Part shown: positions 16,191-30,068 of the stretch, in pieces
Numbering within the stretch: the first letter of the stretch is position 1
How the letters are laid out: each line of letters starts with the position of its first letter
Source of the DNA: the human T2T-CHM13v2.0 reference genome, Homo sapiens
NCBI RefSeq assembly: GCF_009914755.1
Contig: NC_060937.1
Reading direction: 5' to 3' (one strand)
Length of the DNA: 64,000 nt
Translations under genes and position numbers: made by a program
The notes under the pieces: model-generated
Databases searched by the model: none
What the model was told of the DNA's origin: nothing
What the model saw: the letters and a program-made list of their open reading frames with translations, nothing else

Positions 16191-18242
16191 TTCTATTTAA
16201 ACATATATATGCTTACAGATACATGTATATGTATACATGTGTGTATATATATATATACACACACACAATATTTTTCTCATTTAATTTTTACAAAAGTTAA
16301 TGAGGTTGGTTTTATTACTTGCATTTTACAATAAGATTAATTGTACTAAATATCATTTGTTTTGCTGATTACGTTAACACTAACCTTGGTCAGAGGGGGA
16401 TTCACTTCTGTCCCTTAAGTGAAGGTGTCCTGGACATTGGATTCAGCAGTGTGTGGTGCTGTGGCTGTTCATCCCGGGAAGAATGAAAGAGATTTAGTTG
16501 TTCCCTTTGGAATTTTTGAGTTTAGCTCTTAATTTCCTGTTTCAGGCAGCTTCAAACTCTGGCAAGTGCCTGGACAGGAAGACTAGCCATGTGCTTGTGG
16601 CAGAATCCCTCCCTCTGTGGGGCCTTTGCTTGCCAAGCACTATGAGACTGCAGAAAACTTCATCTTTTAGCTTCTAACCAAACACTTCACCCACAGCCTA
16701 AAATAAGGGTTGTGTTTTGGGCAAAGGAAAATATGATTATGAGTTTGGCCTCGTGGTTTCCATGTTCAAATGGCAGCTAGCTCCGAGTGATTACCACAAG
16801 CTCTACTGGTTTCTCTCCCTTTCAAGTGGAGTCTGTCTGGGCGCACCAGATCAGCTCATGACTAGATTCTGCAGTACTCCTAGGAACAAAATACCTGGTG
16901 ATTGCCAGCTCACCTAGAAAGAAACCTTCCTTCTCTGGAATTCTTGCTCATCTTGTCTTTATTGTTTCCTTGACTCTTACATGTTTTTACACATCTGATT
17001 TTTAAAATTTAGTTTTTACGGTTGCTGAAACAGAGTGTTGCTCAACATTTAAACCAAATATTTTGATCTGTGATTATTTCCTTTTTTTTATAAGCTCCAC
17101 GACATATTAATTTACCCAGCGTCTGGAAGGCCATAAAATTCCTTTCTGCTGCATACTTATTTTTCTATATTTATGGATGAAAGCATCCCACTTTTAAATT
17201 CTGTCTTTCCTTCATTCTCCCAATCCTATAATCTTCTTTTTTTCATTTTCTCCTTTTTCTGGCCTTGACTACATTTATATCACATCAACTGTTCTCCAGA
17301 CTATACTCCAAAGAGAAAAATTGTGTTGTGCTCCTTCACCTATAAACTGTATCAATGTTCCTAAATCTAGGTCCTCGAAACACTTTGAAAAATCAAAAGC
17401 AACGTTTCGTTTTGTGGGTTTGTGAAGCTTCAAGTGCATCTTATCCCATGACTTCTCGTTTCATTTTAATTGCCAGTTTTCTTGTTTCTTCCTACCTTTT
17501 TCCTGTCTACCAACAATAAAATTTCACTTTTCCTCAGATATCTATCCTAACTATGTAACTGCTATTTGCAGAGAATATTGTTTTCAAGTATCCTCTCAAG
17601 TTTTTGTATGCACATGTAACCACTTACATTTTTCTTCTGTTTCTCACCTTTCAGTAAAATAATATCCTCTTTCTATCTAAGCCTAGTCTTTTCCTTTATT
17701 TCATGAATCAGAATTTCACCTGTTCCCTCAGAGACCTAACTGCATGTATTTTATTGCTTCTACCAAGAGTAATTTTCATTTCTGGATCTTTATTTTCAGT
17801 TTATAAGCATTCACAGCTCCTTGCAGTGAAAAAAAAATTATCACCTCAGCATATGTGGGTGTATATGCACTCTGTTAATTTTTTTCTAAGTGAATAATGG
17901 GGAAAATAGGCTAATAGGTTTGATATATAAATAATTATTATCACAAAAACACAGGAAGGAGAAATTAAAAAATATATATATTTTGTAAGTCTAACAAAAT
18001 AAAAGTATGTTGAAATGATAATGTATTAGTATCTACTGGCCCTCATAGCTTGTCAGAAGTATCTGTTTTCAGAGCAGTATATGTAATAGGATTCCATAAA
18101 TGAGAATGTATTTCAGGAAAGATATATACAAATTGTTAGCAGTGTTTAAGTTTGAGAATAGAATTCATAATAATTTCTAATTTGTATTTTCTATATGTCT
18201 AAAGCAAACATTAATTTTTTTAATTTTTGTAAGTAATAAAAA

Positions 18243-18300
18243 ATGTATCATAACATCATGTTGTATACCTTAAATATACACAATAAAACTTATTTTAAAA
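18243..18300 (+). mobile_element. Short L1M 3' terminal fragment
   Basis: 'aacatcatgttgtataccttaaatatacacaataaaa' L1MA-type 3' end. Confidence 0.5.
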
Positions 18301-18714
18301 TATATACACCCCAAAAAGAAAAAAATACAAGGAATCTTTACTGAAATCCATGTCCTTCTTAAATATAATTTGATTTTTATCTTTTTATTCTTAAATTGCT
18401 TATTCAACATTTATACCTCAAATCAAAACCTATTTCCACATCTACCACTTCTAATAAAATTATTTCTACTCATGTTGAACATTATCTTTCAGGACATTCC
18501 TGTACTAAATGACCCTCTTTTTTAAAAAAAAACTTTGGTACATCATTCTATCCTTTTCATACCATTGATCCTTCTATCCCTGTTTTGTTTGTTTTTCTGT
18601 AATCATTTTTCCTTCCCTTTGCTTTTTTTGAATATCTTCCAGTTGTCTCCCTTAACCCTCCCATGTGCGAGGAATCCTCCCCCTGCCCCACCCAACATTA
18701 TCTTTCTTTTCCCA

Positions 18715-19600
18715 TGATATATGCTCTTAGAGAGGCGGTTGCTGGCTGCACACTATGTTCTCCTGGAAAAAGAAGCTCTCACAGTCCCTGAACTTGTGAG
18801 TCTCCCTACCCTGCTGTTCTGTGTGCCTCGGGTCATGGAAGCAATGACTCACACATTCTGCATGGCCGCCAAGGCCTCCTTGATACCAGATGGACCAAAC
18901 CTGTACCTTCCGGTATATCCCTTTTATGGGAAGTGGTTGGCCTCCCCTCAGTTTAGTATTTTGTCAGATTCCATGGTGTTGAAGGAGTAAGCTTTTGCCA
19001 CACCTCATGGCTACCTGGGGAGTTTCTTGAGATTACTTGAATGAGTTCTTACACTTTGTGGATCGTATTGAACCCATGAATGTGATAGAACTCAGTGCAG
19101 AGTGGCTGCTTTTCATTCCTTCTGCTTTTCATCCCATAAATGAGAATTTTCTGATCAAAGACCAGACCCAAATGACACAATTGGCCAAACCTCAGGCAGC
19201 TGTCAGCGCTAGACGCCCTGGCTAACAATTAGCCCCACCTGAACATTTTTACAGATTCTCGAGCCACTGAATAAAAGTTACCTCCATTAAGGAGAAGAAT
19301 TCTGGCAATCTCCTGCCTTATAGAAACCCAAAATATAAATCAATATAACAAACATCTCTACATAGGCTACATATACTAAAGCCAAAATACGAGATCTCAC
19401 CAAAACACATTTGTCTATTTCAGAGTTCTAAATATTATTGATGTGACCAAGGCACTCATTTCACTTATCGAAAGACACAATGCTGAGATCTTAATCAGGC
19501 ATTCAGTGGGAACTTTCACCTTCCTTACTCGCCTCAGGATGCAGGCATCATAGAGCATCGTATTGGCTGATTTAAACATATCCAAATTCAATTAAATGCA
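18715..19600 (+). mobile_element. Degenerate ERVL-class pol fragments (RT-RNase H connection and integrase)
   Basis: LERRLLAAHYVLLEKEALT (cf. ERVL FEKQLLACYWALVETE.LT); ~19500-19575 reads approximately IQW.FHLPYSPQDAGIIEHRIG (integrase core motif). Confidence 0.65.
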
Positions 19601-19649
19601 ACATGGCATGTTACAGTCAGCAGTCAAAAAGCAAGGATGAAGCATAATA

Positions 19650-20000
19650 AAGAATCTGTAACCATGTTTTCATAGTTGACTGCTATCAGTTTTTAATTTT
19701 GCACCACCTTCTTTTCCTTGTTCCCCACACATGCACAAGCTGATGAGAAAGTCTAGGTTCTCCGTCCTTTGCTGCTGATGAAAGAATCACATCATCTAAG
19801 CCCCTGCCCATGCAGAGGAGCTCTTACCCCCAGTCGCACCCCTATTCATAAAATAATCTTAAGCCATTCTTCCTTCTTTGCAGTTTCAAGACATTTTGAG
19901 AGACCTTCGTGTTCCTTCAGACTCAATTATATTTGCAGAAAACCTTTTCCTATCCTCCTGGTGTGAGCATGTAGCAACATCAGTCACAACATCTGAACTG
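19650..20000 (+). mobile_element. ERVL-class LTR (MER54/MER74-like), tentative
   Basis: 'ttttccttgttcccc...aagctgatgagaaag...aagcccctgcccatg...aagccattctcc' resembles the MER54/74 group; directly follows integrase remnant. Confidence 0.4.
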
Positions 20001-20084
20001 AATTTTCGATGTAGGAGTATCCATCCTGCCTTTTCAGGCTGGGCAGAACAGAATATTAACAGAATGCTGTGTATATTAGATAAG

Positions 20085-20160
20085 TAAAATATGTGAAGCA
20101 CTTAGGACAATGTCTGGCCTACAGTGAATGTTCACCCTACCATGTAAGTTATTTTATTAG
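20085..20160 (+). mobile_element. MIR 3' fragment
   Basis: 'atgtgaagcacttaggacaatgtctggcctacagtgaatgttca'. Confidence 0.55.
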
Positions 20161-20699
20161 TAAATGCCATGCACCACTCCTCTCCCTCCCAGTGTTTTGA
20201 CATCTGAAACATTATATTAAGGTAAATATGGTTTCTGTCAAGAGGTATAAGCATTTAAAAAATGATTTCCCAACTTTGGAAGCAGTAAATCACTCCTGGG
20301 AGAATATTAAGATATAAGATTGGAGCTACAGTAGCAGCAGTAAAACACAGTCACGTATCTTTTATATAGTATCCTAACACCATTTGAAAAGCATTAACGT
20401 AAATTATGTACATATGCAGCTTTGTGGCCCAGTATGTACAGCTCAGCCTTTTAATTCCAGTTTTTCAGCTTCTGCCATTCCAAATTTCTGACCTAAGTCC
20501 TGACCATCAGATACATGATAGGAACTGGTACAGATATTGACCTCAGAGCAATTATTCTTTTAGGCATAAAGCAAATAAGGTAGAGAATTTCTAGTTCTAC
20601 TTACTGTGAGAATTTCCCTGCTCTAGTATTCTTTAGTGCCAGTGCTTGGTAAGGCTGTAATGACAGAGAAGCTTACTTTGACACCGTGCTGACATATCC

Positions 20700-23600
20700 A
20701 GCTGAATTACCTGTAAACTGACTCAATATGCTTTTTTCTCTCTTTTTTTTTTCTGAAGCGATCAGATGAAGCAGATAATTTAGATTGGTTTGCTCAAGAT
20801 TCCCTCTAACTGTCTTCCAGTATACTAGGATTCTAGATATGATTTATATTCTGTTAAGCAGTTTCACTGGTACATGACTTGAATTTGCAATTGAGTCATG
20901 GAGACAATGAGGAAGGCAAAATGCATCAGTTTTGCTGATATGAATCAGGTCATGGTGGATGTGACTCTGGGACCAGAAGCAGTGATGACATCTTCTTATC
21001 TCAACAGGCAGCTTTTATATTTCACAGTTTCTTACACAAAGTAGGCTCCTCTATTTGATAGCTTCATTCTGTAGTGTGGCAATGGAAGAGTTTCCTGAAT
21101 ATTTAATTTAGTATGTATTCCTGTCTCCCAGATCTCCTAATATTAGATTAATAACTTAATTTATAATAGCAATTATGTCTCCTTAAAATTAGCTAGAGTG
21201 AATTGTCTTTTCAGTACTGACAGATCTGCCTGACGGAGTCATTGTACAGTGCTGTTGCAAGCTACAGATACACAAGAAATAAAAAATCTGGGTTTTTTAT
21301 TTCAGAGATGGATGATTTTGAAAACAGCCAGAATTTTGTTAACACTGGTATATGGCTACTGGTAGTCATTACCATGTGTTGATGTCTTAGGCACTTGGGT
21401 ACTTACATTATCACTGTGGTTGCCTGAAATAAAGGGTATTAAAAAGGCATACTTTAGTAAAGTGTGTGGCCTCTGTAATAAGCCATTTCGTTAACAAAAG
21501 AAAAAATATGGAGGTCTGTGGAGTGAACTGGTGATTAGTAACACACACAATTTAAGGAAAGAAAATTACAAACGCATGATTTTAAATTTTCAGTTTAAAA
21601 ATTTTCACTTGACCAAGAAGCTTCTGTAATTTCCTTCGATCATTTAACCATAAGTCTCATATTGCAAAAAAATCAGATGCAGAATCTGTCCCTTCAAATT
21701 GCCGTTTAAAGCCTAGATTAATTTTGCAGCTTCACAATAAATACTATGTGACCATCAAGGTATTAATTGGAACAACATTGAACACGGAGAATTGGAATTG
21801 CATTTTCAGTGAAAATTGGGAACACTATGAATAAAGCAAACTAAAGAATCCTTCTGAACCTTTTGTTGACAACAAAAACGGATCTGTTCCCCTTGTCTTA
21901 TGCACCCATTATAATTTTATTTGAAACAACACATATCTTTATCCAAATCCAAGAGTATTACCTTGCAGTAGGAATTCTACACCCTCTGTCATGGTTGCAT
22001 TGAGACAAATGTCCTGACCTATTAAAAGAGTTAGATAAGAGTATGTCCCAGGGGAACAGAACAAAGTCTGGCACCAAAGTAGAAGAAAGAGGCTCAGGCT
22101 AAGGAGGAAATAAGTCAAACTTAGATGGAACTATTTTTTTATATGGAAGTACTTAAAATTACTCTTTAAACACATAAATTCAAGAGTGGGAATGGTGCAA
22201 ATTGTTTGCTAAAGTGAATGATTAGAGTGTGTATTTCATACCTATGCTAAATGAAGTTGAGATGCCAGATATTATTTGTTGAAAATTAGAAGGAGTCTAA
22301 GACTTAAGAAGATAGAAGTAGTGAAGGACTTTTACCAAATACAAATCAACAACTTACCTCAAAATATCTGTGAAGGTGTCAGATGACACCCCGTTTCACT
22401 ATGTAATGACAAATGTATTGGTGTGAAGAAAACTAGTGTCTATGAAGAGTTCTCTAGTAATTTCTTCTTTAAGTCATGGATGAAAATGGAGGATTCTGCC
22501 ATTAAAATTGTTTTAAAAATTCCAGAAATAATAATGGAAACACATTGTGGCAAAGGACAAATGACAGCAGTTAATTATAAGTGGCAAGGTAGCCTATGTG
22601 GTTAGGCTTTGTTTCCCTACCGAGATCTCATCTTGTATTGTAATGCCTTAATCCCCATAATCCCCATTTGTCAAGGGAAAACCCAGGTGGAGGTAACTGA
22701 ATCATGAGGGCAGTTTCCCCCATGGTGTTTTCATAATACTGAGTGAGTTCTCATTAGATCTGATGGTTTTATAAGGGGCTGTTTCTTTTTCATCTGGCAC
22801 TCTTCCTGCCACCTTCTGAAGAAGGTACCTTGCTTCCCCTTCATCTTCTGCCATGATTGTCAGTTTCCTGAGGCCTCCCCAGCCATGCTGAACTGTGAGT
22901 CAATTAAACTTCTTTCCTTTATACATTACCCAGTTTCAGGCAGCTGTTCATAGCAGTATGAAAGCAAACTAATACAGTAAATTGGTACCGCAGAGAGTAG
23001 GGTGCTGCTATAAAGATACCTAGAAAGGTCACAGCGACTTTGGAACTGGGTAACAGGCAGAGGTTGAGAACAGTTTGGAGGGCTCAGAAGACAGGAAAAT
23101 GTAGAAAAGTTTGGAACTTCCTAGAGACTTGTTGAATGGCTTTGACCAAAATGCTGATGGTGATATGGAAAATGAATCCAGGTTGAGGTGTTCTCAAATG
23201 GAGATGATGAACTTGTCAGGAACTGGAACAAAGGTGACTCTTGCTATGCTTTAGCAAAAAGACAGGTGGCATTTTGCCCCTGCCCTGGAGATCTGTGGAC
23301 ATTTGAACTTGAGAGAGATGATTTACGGTATCTGGTGGAAGAACTTTCTAAGAAGCAAAGCATCCAAGAAGTGTCTTGGGTGCTCTTAAAAGCATTCAGT
23401 TTTATGCATTCACAAAGAGATGGTTTGGAATTGGAATGTATGTTTAAAAGGAAGCAGAGCATAAAGTTTGGAAAATTTTCAGTCTGACAATGAAATAGAA
23501 AAGAAAACCCCATTTTCTGAGGAGAAATTCAAGCAGGCTACAGAAATCTGCAAAAGTAACAAGGAGCCAAAACCTCTTTCCTTTATAAATTATCCAGTCT

Positions 23601-23800
23601 CAGTCAGTTCTTTATAGCATAAAATCAATCAATCAATCAATCAATCCAAACTAAAACAGTGGTCCTAGACCACTTAATAGAAAGAAGAACTAGAGTGGTA
23701 ATCAGAATGTTTTAACTAAATGGCTTCTTTTTGGTAATGAACTGATAATAGAGACCCTGGAAATGAAATACATAATATATTTTATTGACACCATAGAAAA
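20700..23800 (+). mobile_element. Highly decayed ERVL-like LTR plus gag region, interrupted by THE1
   Basis: LTR-like end near 21180-21235; gag-like motifs at 21400-21830 and 22100-22590, resuming after 23660; boundaries uncertain. Confidence 0.4.
22594..23658 (+). mobile_element. THE1 (THE1D-like) element: 5' LTR, ~600 bp internal, deletion, 3' LTR tail
   Basis: LTR 22594-22976 ending 'aactaataca'; internal start 'gtaaattggtacc'; LTR tail 'aacctctttcctttataaatta' resumes at 23571. Confidence 0.88.
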
Positions 23801-24400
23801 TAATATTGAGTTGTAAAAAAAAGTCCTCACTTGAGTCTACATGGAAATATTAACACTTAAGATAACTAATTCTATAGATGCTTATATCTCCTTTATAATC
23901 CCAAATAAAATAATGAAAATTAAATTAAAAATAATAACCCAGAAGAATAATGAAGAACAAGAGATATGATAATAGCAACAAAATTTGAAAGTTGGTTAGT
24001 AGATGATTAAGACAGTGTTATCATAGTAGTGGATAAAGCTGCAAGCCCAATTTACAATAAAGTATCCTCAGAAGGCTCCAGAAACAACACAGACAGTTAT
24101 CTCTGCCATTGGTCTGAGGGAACTGTGTTAAGTAAGGAGACTTGAGTGATTTTTGATTAAAAAGAAGTTAGATTCATGTGTTCCCTTTCCAGTTTATGAC
24201 ACTGGATGACTATATCCCACTACAGTATTCTGGAAAGTTACTTTCTAAATTATGATTCATCACATAAAAGGGAACTTCCATAAGATTATCAGTAAACTTA
24301 TCAGCAAACACATTGTAGGCCAGAAGGGAGTGAAATAATATATTCAAAAAGCTGTTAGAAAAAAAATAAACCTGTCAAAACATAATATTGTATCTGACAA

Positions 24401-24713
<313 letters not shown>

Positions 24714-25744
24714 CTACATAATCAAGCCAAAAGTGTTTGTTATCATGTTACCTTCTCTAAAAGAAATGTTAAAGGGAGTCTTTCAAGTTGCAATGAAAGT
24801 GCAGTGGAGAGCAACATAAAGTCATATGAAATATAAGATTCTCTGGGAAAATTAAACAAATGGAGAAATACAGTAACCTATACTACAGTAATTTTGGTGT
24901 ATATAATATAAATAGCAAAGCATTAAAAATGAGAAATGTATGAAAGTGAGTACATAAGATATAAAGATGTAATTTTGACATGAATAACATAATATGTGGG
25001 GGTACAGCTGTTAAAGGGAAGAGTTTTTGAATGTTGTTTTCAGTTTAAAATATATTGGTATAACTTTAAGATATTTTATGTAATTGCTATGGTAACCACA
25101 AAGAAAATGTCTTTGAACATACAGAAGAGGACATGAAAAGGATATCAAAGTACGGCGCTACAAAAAAATCAATGAATCATAAAGGATGACGGTAAGAGAT
25201 AAAAGGAGATACAAAAAGCTTATAAGATCTACAGAAAACAATTTACAAAATGGCAAGGGTAAGTCTTTCTCTAATAGTAATTAATTTAAATTTAAGTGGA
25301 TTAGGCTTCCCAAACAAAAATTGTGGATTGGCTGAGTGGATTTCAAAAAATGAAAACAAAAACAGTATCCAAGTATATGTTGTCTACAAGAGACTCATTT
25401 TAGATCTAAGGACACACATAGCTTGAAAGCAAAAAGTTGGGAAAAATCGATCTATTTGTATGATAGCCAAAAGATACCAGGAGAAGCTACATCAGACAAA
25501 AATAGATTTAAATCAAACATTTTTATAACAGACAAAATGATATTATATAACAATAAAAGAGTTACTTCACCAAGAAGATGCAACAATTATGAATATTTAT
25601 ATACTAGACCTAAACATATGAAACTATTTTGACAGAACTGAAGTTGGAGATACACAGCAGCATACTAATGGTAGGAGATTTTAATACTACACTTTCAATA
25701 GCAGATAAATAAAACAGAAGATAAAGAAAAAAATAGGGGAATTT

Positions 25745-26070
<326 letters not shown>

Positions 26071-29000
26071 GAAAAAGAAAAAAATAGGGAAATTGAACAA
26101 TACTACAGTCAAATTGGATGTAACACAGATACACACAACACTCCTCTAAACACCACCAAAATAGACATTCTTCTCAAGTGCCTATGGAACAATCTTCAGG
26201 AGAGAGCACATGTTAGGCTACAACACAAGTCTTCACAAATTCAAAAGAAATTGAAATCATATAAAGTATTTTTGACAATAACTATAAAATAAAACTAAAA
26301 GTCAATATTATAAAGAAAATGGGAAAATCCACAAATACGTAGAAATTAAACAACATACTCTTCAATGACCAAAAAGTCAAGGAAAAAGACACAAGGAAAG
26401 TTGTAAAATACATCGATTATTCTATCTTCTTGGTGAATTAGCCAAATGAGAAGGAAAATGCAACATAGCAAATTATGGAATGAAGTAAAAATAGTACTAA
26501 GAGGAAAGTTTATAACTGTGAATGTATACAAAAAGGGAGCTAATATCAATAACCTAAATTTACTCCTTAAGAAACTAGAAAAAGAGGAATAAACTGAACC
26601 CAAAACTTCCAAAAATCAGAAGGAAGGGAACAATAAAGAACAGAGATTAACAAAATTGAGAGTAGAAAAACAATTAAAAATTCAATGACACTAAGAGTTT
26701 TTAAAAATATAAACATAATTGACAAACCCTTAATTATATTAACTAAGAAAAAAAGAGAGAAGACTCAAAAAAAAAAAAAACCTCAGAAATGAAAGAGGAG
26801 ATAATATAACAGATGCCACCAAAATAAAATGGACAATCGGAGAATGTCATAAACAATTGTATGCCAATAATTTGAATAGCCTAAAAGAAATGAGTATATT
26901 CCTAGAAACAGTCAACCTACCAAGACTGCATCAAGAAGAAATAAAAAATCTGGACAGACTAATAATGTGTAAGGAGATTGAATCAATGGCCAAAGATCTC
27001 CCTACAAAGAAAAGCTAGGACCAGATGGCTCTACTGAATAATTTTATCAAACATTTAAGGAAGAATTAACACCAATTCTCCTCAAACTCTTTAACAAGTT
27101 TAAACAGAAACACTAGCAAGTTTGTTATATAAGGTCAGAATTACCTTGATACCAAAGCCCAAGATGCTGCAAGCAAAGAAATCTAGAGACCAATATTCCT
27201 TAGAAATACTGATGCAAAAATCCTCAATAAAATGTTAGCAAGCCCAATTTAGCAGCATATTACATGGATTATACACCATGACCAAGTGGGATTTATTCCT
27301 GGAATGCACAGGTGTTTCAAGATACAAAAATCAATCACTGTAATACACACAAACATAATGAAGAAAAAGAATCCGCATCATAATGTCAATTAATGCAGAA
27401 AAAGCATTTGACAAAATTCAACACCCTTTCATGATAAAAACCAACTACAGATAACTGGAAACAATTTCAACAGGATGAAGGCCATTTATGAAAAACCCAC
27501 AACCGTCATACTCAATGGGAAAGACTGAAGGATTTTCCTCCAACATTAGGTACAAGGCAAGAATTCCCACTCCGCCACTTCTATTCACCATACTATGGGA
27601 AATTCTAACCATAACAATTAGACAAGAAAAAGAAATAAAAGACATCTAAACTGGAAAGGAAGAAGTAAAATTATCTCTGTTCATAGATAGCACAATCTTA
27701 TAAGTAGGAAATTAGAAAGAAACACTCCTCCCCAACAATAATGACAACAACAACAACGACAACAACAAAACCTGTTAGAACTAATAAACAAATACAGCAA
27801 CATTGCCAGGTGCAAAATCAACATGAAGAAATCAGTTGCATTTCTGTACATGAATAGTCATCAATCAGTAAAGGAAATTAACAAAACTATTTTATTGTAA
27901 TAGAGCAACAGAGAAAAAAAATACTTACATGTAAATCTAACCAAGAAGGTGAAAGACTTGTGTGCTGAAATCTACAAAATATTTTTAAAAGAAATTACAG
28001 AAGCCACAAATATATAGAAAGATATACCAGGTTCATGGCTTGGAACACTAACATAGTTAAGATGTCCATAGTATCCAAAGCAATCTACAGAGTCAATACA
28101 ACCTCAATCAATTTCTCAACAGCAATTTTTTGCAAAAAAGGAAAAAGTTAACCAAATATTTATTTGGAATTTTGTGGGGCCCAAATTAGCCAAAACAAGA
28201 AAAAGAGTAACTAAGCTGGAGTGCTCATATTTCCTGATTTCAAAACATATTATGAAGCTGCAGTAATCAAAAAGGTATTGTACTGACATAAAGACAAATA
28301 GACCAATAGAATAAAACAGAAAGCCCAGAAATAAAGCTACTCGTATGTGGTAAAATGATTTGACAAAGATACCAAGACCATTCAATAGGGAAAGGAAAAT
28401 CTATTGATGAATTAGTGTTGGAAAAACTGTATACTACATGTAAAAGAATGAAGTTGGACTCTTCCTTCACATCATATACCAAATTTAATTCAAAATAAAT
28501 TAAAACCCTAAACATAAAAATTAAAACTATGAAATTTCTAGGGGAAAAGCTCCTTAACATTAGACTTGGCAGTGAATATATATAGCACCAAAACCTCCGG
28601 CAATAAAAATAAAAATAGACAAATGGACCTCCATTAAACTTTTGTGTATCAAATGATAGAATTAACAGAATAAAAGATAATCTATGGAATGAGAGAAAGT
28701 ATTTACAAATAATATATCTGCTCAGGGACTAATATTCAGAATTTGTTAGAAACAACATCTCAACAATAAAAGACTCAAGTAACCCAATTTAAAAAATGGT
28801 GGTTCAAAAACTTGAATAGGCATTTCTCTGAAGATAATATGCAAATGATCAACAAGTATATGAGAAAATGTTCAACATCATTACTCATCAGAGGAATGCA
28901 AACCAAAATCACAATGAGATAGCACTTCATATCCATTAGGATATCTACTATAAGAATAAAAAACAAAAACCAAACAAAACAAAAGAAAAATCCAGAAAAA

Positions 29001-29742
29001 AATCGGCAAGAATGTGGAGCAATTAGTACACTTGTGTACTCTTGGTGAATTGCAAAATGGTGCAACTGCTGTGAAAAACAACATGGAGTTTTCTCAAAAT
29101 ATTTAAAATAGAACTACTATATGAAACAGCAATCTTACTTCTGGGCATATATCCAAAACATTTTTGAAAGCATGGTCTCAAAGTATATTTGCACACCCAT
29201 ATTAATGATAACACTAGTAACAATAGCCAAGTGATAGAAGTAACTCAAATGTTGATTAGCAGATGACTGGATAAACAAAATGTGGTATATGCATGTAACA
29301 GAATATTATCAAGCCTTAGAAACAAAGGAAATCTTGTGAGATGCTACAACATGGATGAACCTTAAAAACATTATGCTAAGTGAAGTAAGTAGAACACAAA
29401 AAGATAAATACTGTACAATTCCACATATATGAGATATCTAAAGTAGTCAAATATATAGAGACAGAAAGTAGAATGGTGCTTACCAGTGACTGGGGAAAGA
29501 GGGGAAAGATGAGTTGTTTATTCTTAACGGGTATAAAGTTTCAGATTTTCAAGCTAAAATAATTGCAGACAACTATTTCACAGTAATTTGCATATACTTA
29601 ACATTACTGAACTGTGCACTTCAAAAAAGTCAAGATGATACGTATTATGTTATGTATTTTTTAAGCAAATAAAAATTTCTGAAGTGAAATTCTTTACAAT
29701 TTATTATTTTAAACTCATCTGTACTATCAATTAATCAGCTGA

Positions 29743-30068
<326 letters not shown>

